A stretch of 64,000 nucleotides of DNA, taken from NCBI GenBank assembly GCA_902825775.1, contig CADECF010000007.1:50457-114456 (forward strand), written 5' to 3'. The notes below the pieces were generated by a model. The model ran no database searches. It saw only the letters and a list, made by a program, of their open reading frames with translations, and was not told where the DNA came from. A program made the translations under genes and the position numbers. The stretch comes from an uncultured Lysobacteraceae bacterium (GTDB lineage Bacteria > Pseudomonadota > Gammaproteobacteria > Xanthomonadales > Xanthomonadaceae). Positions 59,236-64,000 of the stretch are shown piece by piece; the stretch's first letter is position 1; every line of letters begins with the position of its first letter.

Positions 59236-59301
59236 GAGCTCGTGCAGAGCAATCCCTCTGCCCGGCGCTCACTCTTCTCACCCACCCGTTAGACTGATCC
59301 G

Positions 59302-60219
59302 ATGACCGATTTCGCGGCCCGCCTGCTGTACGTCTTCGTCGCCAGCCTGACCCGCATGCCCTGGTCGTGGCTGATGCGCATGGGCGACGCGATGGCGGTT
59401 GCGATGCGCATGCTCGACGTGCGCGAAAGCCGCGTCGCGCGCCGCAATCTCGAAATCGCCTATCCGCAGCTGAGCGCGGAAGAGCGCGACCGCATGCATC
59501 GCGCGATCTTGCGCGCCACCGCGCGCCAGACCTTCGAAACGATGCGCTTGTGGACCCGCCCTCACGCGCAGAACCTGATGCTGCTTCGCGAACACCACGG
59601 CGTGGACCTGTTCGACGCCGCCGTGGCCGCCGGCAAAGGCCTGATCGTCGCAGCGCCGCACTACGGCAACTGGGAACTGCTCAACCAGTGGCTGGCCGCG
59701 AAGACGCCCATTTCGATCCTTTACCGACCGCCGCAATCCGCCGTCGGCGAAGCCTTCCTGCGCATCGTTCGCGCCGACGACGGCGATCGCGTCACCCAGA
59801 TCCGTGCCGAAGGACCCGCCGTGCGGCAACTATGGAAACTGATGAAGAGCGGCGGCGTTACCGGCATCCTGCCCGACCAGCAGCCCAAGGCCGGCGACGG
59901 CGAATTCGCCCCGTTCTTCGGCAAACAGGCGCTGACCATGACGCTGCTCAACCGCCTGGCCGAACGCAGCGGCGCCGCCGTGCTGTTCGCCTACTGCGAA
60001 CGCTTAGGCGAAGGTCCCGGATTCGCATTGCGCATCGAAGCCGCACCGCCGGCCATCGCCTCGCCCGACCCGCGCGAAGGCGTGACCGCGTTGAACGCCG
60101 CAGTCGAAAGCATCGCGCGCCGCGATCCAAGCCAGTACCAGTGGACCTATAAGCGCTATACCCTGCGTCCGCCGGTAAGCGGCGAAACCAACCCCTACCG
60201 CGATCTGGAAACGCACTGA
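59302..60219 (+). CDS. LpxL/HtrB-family lipid A (lysophospholipid-type) acyltransferase
   Basis: 305 aa. N-terminal hydrophobic segment, acyltransferase motif AAPHYGNWE, and family-typical length. Confidence 0.85.
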   Translation: MTDFAARLLYVFVASLTRMPWSWLMRMGDAMAVAMRMLDVRESRVARRNLEIAYPQLSAEERDRMHRAILRATARQTFETMRLWTRPHAQNLMLLREHHGVDLFDAAVAAGKGLIVAAPHYGNWELLNQWLAAKTPISILYRPPQSAVGEAFLRIVRADDGDRVTQIRAEGPAVRQLWKLMKSGGVTGILPDQQPKAGDGEFAPFFGKQALTMTLLNRLAERSGAAVLFAYCERLGEGPGFALRIEAAPPAIASPDPREGVTALNAAVESIARRDPSQYQWTYKRYTLRPPVSGETNPYRDLETH

Positions 60220-60725
60220 TGAGCGATGCTCCTCCCGAACCTGCGCCCGCAGCCGACGGCGGCTGGCAAGCCTTGCCGCCGCGCGCGCTGAACATGTTCG
60301 TGCTGGTCAACCTGCTCGGCTGGGGCGTCGCCGCGGTCGGCGCATTGATACCGATCGGCGTGCTGATGCCGTCCAAGTCGCTGGCGTTGACCGTATCGCT
60401 GATCGTACTGGCGGCCTTGCCGCTGTTCGGCGTCTGGCTGGCGCGCAAGCAATACCGTTACACCCGCTGGAAGCTGGATAGCGACGGCTTCGCGTTGCGG
60501 CGCGGCAACCTGTGGCGCAGCGAAACGCGCGTGCCGGCTTCGCGCGTGCAGCATCTGGATCTGAAACATGGCCCGCTGGAGCGGCGCTACCGGCTGGCGA
60601 CGCTGGTGGTGCACACCGCAGGCACGCGCAACAGCGCCGTGTCGGTCACGGGTCTGGACGAAGCCGATGCGGAAACCCTGCGCGACCGCCTGGCGCACCA
60701 GATCGACGACGATGACGACGCCTGA
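60219..60725 (+). CDS. Membrane-flanked bacterial PH-domain protein (bPH_2, YdbS-like)
   Basis: 168 aa. Two TM helices followed by one bPH2 unit (YRYTRWKLDSDGFALRRGNLWRSETRVPASRVQHLDLKHGPLERR). TGATG overlap with the acyltransferase stop. Confidence 0.75.
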   Translation: MSDAPPEPAPAADGGWQALPPRALNMFVLVNLLGWGVAAVGALIPIGVLMPSKSLALTVSLIVLAALPLFGVWLARKQYRYTRWKLDSDGFALRRGNLWRSETRVPASRVQHLDLKHGPLERRYRLATLVVHTAGTRNSAVSVTGLDEADAETLRDRLAHQIDDDDDA

Positions 60726-62214
60726 CCCGATCTCCGTGCCCAGCGCGGCGCCGGAACGGCGGCTGCATCCGCTGTCGTGGCTGTTCGTGCTGATCAAGCA
60801 GCTGAAGCAATTCATCGTGCCGTTGATCGCGCTCTTCTTCTTCGGCCGCGGCGATCGCGACGAGCTGTGGCCGCTGATCGGCGTGGGCGTGCTGGCGCTG
60901 GCGTCGGTCTGGCAATACTTCACCTACCGCTATCGCATCGATGGCGACCGGCTGGTGATCCGCAGCGGCCTTCTGCATCGCAGCCTGCGCCAGATTCCGT
61001 TCGCGCGGATCCATAACGTCGCGCTGCACCAGTCGCTGCTGCATCGCATTTTCGGCGTGGCCGAAGTGCGGCTCGAATCGGCTGGCGGCGAGAAGCCCGA
61101 AGCGCAGATGCGGGTGCTGAAGCTGTCCGATGCGATGGCGTTGGAGGCGCTGCTGCGCCGCCGCGCCGCCGCCGCGGCGGACGCTGCGGGCGCGGAAACG
61201 ATGGAGGAACAGGGCGAGTTGCTGCTGCAACTGCCGCTTGCAGAAGTGCTGCGGCTGGGCTTGATCTCCAATCGCGGCCTGATCGTGGTCGGCGGCGCCG
61301 TGGCCGCATCGTCGCAGTTCAGTCCGCGGCTGATCCCGAACCTGTTCGAAAGCGCCGGAAAAACGCTGTTCGGTTACGCCGGCAGCCATCATTTCGGGCC
61401 GACCGAATACGTGCTCGCCGGCCTCAGCCTGGTGATCGCTTTCGTCGCGCTGATGCGGCTGTTCTCGATGCTGCTGGCGCTGCTGCAGTACTTCGGTTTC
61501 CGTCTCGTGGAACAGGGCCGGCGCCTGACCGTCGAACGCGGCTTGCTGACCAAATTGCGCACCAGCGTGCCGCGGCGCCGTATCCAGGCGTGGACTTTGC
61601 AGGAAGGCGTCCTGCATCGATTGCTCAAACGCCGCACCCTGCAGATCGATACCGCCGTGGCCGGAAAACAGGACGACACCCGCGGCATGGGCGAACTCGC
61701 GCCGGTCGCCGCGCCGCCGGTTTGCGACGCATTGCTGCAGCGCCTGTTGCCGCGCGCGCAATGGCCGCTTGCCGATTGGACGGGCCTGCACCGCGACGCA
61801 TGGCTGCGTTTGTGGCTGCCCGGCATCCTGTTCGCATTCGCGCTCAGCGCGATCTTGATTTGGCGGCTCGGCATGTGGGGATCGCTAGGCTTGCTGTGGC
61901 TGCCGTGGGCCGCGTTCGTCGCGCGTCAGCACGCGTATCGCGCCGGCTACGCGGTCAACGACGAAGTGGTCGCCGTGCGCGAAGGCTGGTGGTCGCGGCA
62001 TTGGCGTTTCGCCGAAATCGACAAGCTGCAGGCCCTGCGCCTGACCCGCTCGCCGCTGGACCGGCGCTTCGGCATGGCGACCGTGCATCTGGACACCGCC
62101 GGCGCCGGCGCGATGGCGCCGCCGCTGCGCATCCGCTATCTGCCCGACGCCGAAGCGAATGCGCTGTACGAACGCCTGGCGCGCGATGTCGCGCGGCGGC
62201 CGCTGCGCTGGTGA
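60712..62214 (+). CDS. Membrane protein with three bPH_2 units (YdbT-like)
   Basis: Met 49 of the track ORF. Repeated pattern of TM pairs plus bPH2 units (three ...RIPFARIHNV / RRRIQAW / ...LQALRLTRSPLDRRFG type segments). 14-nt overlap with the previous gene. Confidence 0.75.
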   Translation: MTTPDPISVPSAAPERRLHPLSWLFVLIKQLKQFIVPLIALFFFGRGDRDELWPLIGVGVLALASVWQYFTYRYRIDGDRLVIRSGLLHRSLRQIPFARIHNVALHQSLLHRIFGVAEVRLESAGGEKPEAQMRVLKLSDAMALEALLRRRAAAAADAAGAETMEEQGELLLQLPLAEVLRLGLISNRGLIVVGGAVAASSQFSPRLIPNLFESAGKTLFGYAGSHHFGPTEYVLAGLSLVIAFVALMRLFSMLLALLQYFGFRLVEQGRRLTVERGLLTKLRTSVPRRRIQAWTLQEGVLHRLLKRRTLQIDTAVAGKQDDTRGMGELAPVAAPPVCDALLQRLLPRAQWPLADWTGLHRDAWLRLWLPGILFAFALSAILIWRLGMWGSLGLLWLPWAAFVARQHAYRAGYAVNDEVVAVREGWWSRHWRFAEIDKLQALRLTRSPLDRRFGMATVHLDTAGAGAMAPPLRIRYLPDAEANALYERLARDVARRPLRW

Positions 62215-62222
62215 ACGCCGCC

Positions 62223-62978
62223 ATGCATAAGCTGCCGCTGTCGGGCGTGGTGATCGCGAAGAACGAAGCCGACCGCATCGGCCGCTGCGTGGCCAGTCTG
62301 GCCGCGGTTTGCGATGAAGTGGTCGTGCTCGATTCCGGTTCCGAAGATGCCACCGCGGCCGTGGCCACGGCCGCCGGCGCGCGCGTCGAGCAGCAGCCTT
62401 GGCTGGGATTCGCCGCGCAGAAGAATGCGGCGATCGCGCGCGCGACGCAGCCGTGGGTGTTGCTGCTGGACGCCGACGAATGGCTCGGCGACGGCGCAGC
62501 GGACGAGCTGCGCGCCTTGTTCGCCAGCGGCGAGGTCGAACGCGCCGACGTGTGGCGATTGCTGCGACGCACGCACTTCCTGGGCGCGTCGCTGGATCAC
62601 GGCGGCTGGGGCCGGGAGAAAGTCGAACGCCTTTTCCGGCCCGGCTTGCGTTATCGACCCGCCGACGTGCACGAGAAACTGGACCTGAAAGGCCAGCGCA
62701 CGGCGACGCTGGATGCGCGCATCGAACACGACACCGCGCGCAGCTACGACGAATACGCCGCCAAACTGCAGCGCTACGCGCAGTTGTGGGCGAAGCAGAA
62801 GCGCGCCGCGGGCCGCCGTGCGGGCCCGCTGTCGGCGCCTCTGCATGCCGCGGCCTACTGGATCAAGAACTACCTGCTGCGCGGCGGGTTTCTCGACGGC
62901 GCAATGGCGCGGCGCTATCACGCACTGCACGCCCGTTACGTTTACGACAAATACCGCCTGCTCCGCTTTGCTCTGTAG
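62223..62978 (+). CDS. Family-2 glycosyltransferase (LPS core type, KdtX/WaaE-like)
   Basis: Met 212 of the track ORF. VVIAKNEADRIGRCV, LDSGSED and LLLDADE (DxD). Starts 8 nt after the YdbT-like gene. Confidence 0.85.
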   Translation: MHKLPLSGVVIAKNEADRIGRCVASLAAVCDEVVVLDSGSEDATAAVATAAGARVEQQPWLGFAAQKNAAIARATQPWVLLLDADEWLGDGAADELRALFASGEVERADVWRLLRRTHFLGASLDHGGWGREKVERLFRPGLRYRPADVHEKLDLKGQRTATLDARIEHDTARSYDEYAAKLQRYAQLWAKQKRAAGRRAGPLSAPLHAAAYWIKNYLLRGGFLDGAMARRYHALHARYVYDKYRLLRFAL

Positions 62979-63042
62979 AGCGGAGCTTGCTCCGCTGCTT
63001 TTCGCGCGACGATCAAGAGCAGCGGAGCAAGCTCCGCTCTAC
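62974..63042. repeat. Inverted pair of REP-A units
   Basis: TGTAGAGCGGAGCTTGCTCCGCTGCT ... GAGCAGCGGAGCAAGCTCCGCTCTACA between convergent genes. The TAG of the first unit is the GT2 stop codon. Confidence 0.85.
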
Positions 63043-63052
63043 AGGACCGAAA

Positions 63053-64000
63053 TCATTCCGGATCGACGTCGACGGCGTTGCCGGACGTATCCGATGTTTC
63101 GGGGATACATCCCGGCACGATCGCGGCCGCCGGCACCAACCACCAACGGCGCCGATTCGACAAACCCGCGAGTTCGGCCTTCGCGCGATCCACGCAATGG
63201 CCCAGTGCCGGCTCTTGCACCAGCAGCCAACGCGTCTGCGGCGCCTGCTTCTGCCATTCGATGCCGCGCCGCAATTGCTCCGGCCACGGCATGACGAAAC
63301 CGAACGTGGTCGCCATCGGCACCGACATCAGCAGGTTCTGCTCCTTCCATGCGACCAGCGCGAGTTGCGAGTGCGGGCCGATGCGGCGCGCCGCGTTTTC
63401 CATCAATTCGCGCGCCGAACTGGAAGGATTGAGCAGCGGATACCCGACCACGCCGTACAGCACCCACAAGCCGGCCAGCGTGCTGAGCATCGCCGCGACC
63501 GCGCGCCGCCGCCCGAACCACAGCAAGCTGCCCGCGCCCCAGGCGCCGATCGCGGCCAGCAGCCACGCCAGCGCCTGCGCGCCGCTGCTGAAGCCGCGCT
63601 GCTCGACCAGGCGCCGTTCGAATGCGGTATCGCCGAACAACAACGTCAATCCGATCAGCAACGACGCGCCGGCGATCAGCACGGCGAACGAGATCGCCAA
63701 GCGTTGCAGCCAAAGTTTGCGCACGATTCCCGGCAGCAGCGGCGCCAGCGCCAGGCACGCCATCGGCAGCGCCGGCATGATGTAGACGTCGCGCTTGCCG
63801 CTGGGAATCGAGAAGAACACGATCAGCAGCAACCACCACGCCAGCGGCAGCAGATAGCGCGCATCGCGACGCTGCAATCTTCGTTTCCAGGCCGGCAGCG
63901 CCCACGGCAGCGCCAGCATCGGCGGCAGCCACATGGTCAGCATCACGCCCAGGAAATACCACGGCGGTTGCGCGTGATCCCACGAACGCGCGTAACGATT
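63053..64000 (-). CDS. ArnT/PMT-like family-39 glycosyltransferase, C-terminal part (5-prime end outside the window)
   Basis: Polytopic sequence with SIPSGKRDVYIMPALP typical of GT39/ArnT. The reading frame stays open upstream of the track start at 63946 to the window edge. Confidence 0.7.
   Translation of the reverse strand, partial: NRYARSWDHAQPPWYFLGVMLTMWLPPMLALPWALPAWKRRLQRRDARYLLPLAWWLLLIVFFSIPSGKRDVYIMPALPMACLALAPLLPGIVRKLWLQRLAISFAVLIAGASLLIGLTLLFGDTAFERRLVEQRGFSSGAQALAWLLAAIGAWGAGSLLWFGRRRAVAAMLSTLAGLWVLYGVVGYPLLNPSSSARELMENAARRIGPHSQLALVAWKEQNLLMSVPMATTFGFVMPWPEQLRRGIEWQKQAPQTRWLLVQEPALGHCVDRAKAELAGLSNRRRWWLVPAAAIVPGCIPETSDTSGNAVDVDPE

Overview
Very GC-rich gammaproteobacterial chromosomal segment. 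Gene content and repeat families point to Xanthomonadales/Lysobacterales. This is an inference from the RpoD N-terminus, fimS/algZ-algR-hemC synteny, opgGH, a TonB-dependent carbohydrate locus and REP units of the TGTAGAGCGG...CCGCTGCTC type. I can support 46 protein-coding genes, one tRNA-Met(CAT), one tRNA 3-prime-half fragment, two factor-independent terminators and at least five families of short palindromic repeats. Layout: 0-5 kb exopolysaccharide module (wzb, a WecA fusion, wzc). 5-7 kb WYL regulator plus patatin. 7.7-12.9 kb molybdoenzyme operon of the cytoplasm-facing SoeABC/PsrABC kind, invaded by four MITE-like elements, two of them in frame inside genes. 13.7-16.6 kb hemC-algR-algZ, then an esterase, GH92 and opgGH. 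Then trimeric autotransporter adhesin 1, an MscK-like channel, and a lower-GC patch with an L,D-transpeptidase and an Lpp-like lipoprotein. Then a monooxygenase/VOC/haloperoxidase trio, a trehalase/MFS/TonB-receptor/glycosidase-like carbohydrate locus, and a PaoABC-type aldehyde oxidoreductase. Then two more adhesins flanking an OmpA-family gene, an ECF sigma plus Ser/Thr kinase pair, a tRNA-associated HIT-gene islet, rpoD and dtd. The window ends with an LPS-type operon (lpxL-like, two bPH2 membrane proteins, GT2) facing an ArnT-like GT39 gene that runs off the window. No CRISPR array, transposase, integrase or prophage genes were seen. No textbook-style novel system is obvious. The most system-like candidates are (a) the co-directional ECF sigma / Ser-Thr kinase / adhesin / OmpA block, (b) the translationally coupled WYL-regulator/patatin pair next to the Wzb/Wzc module, and (c) the acyltransferase-bPH2-bPH2-GT2 operon. 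The most unusual sequence-level observation is in-frame insertion of palindromic repeats into two adjacent redox-enzyme genes. CDS coordinates come from the supplied ORF track, with internal starts found by residue counting. Non-CDS coordinates were read by eye and may be off by a few nt. All homology statements are motif recognition by eye, not database searches.
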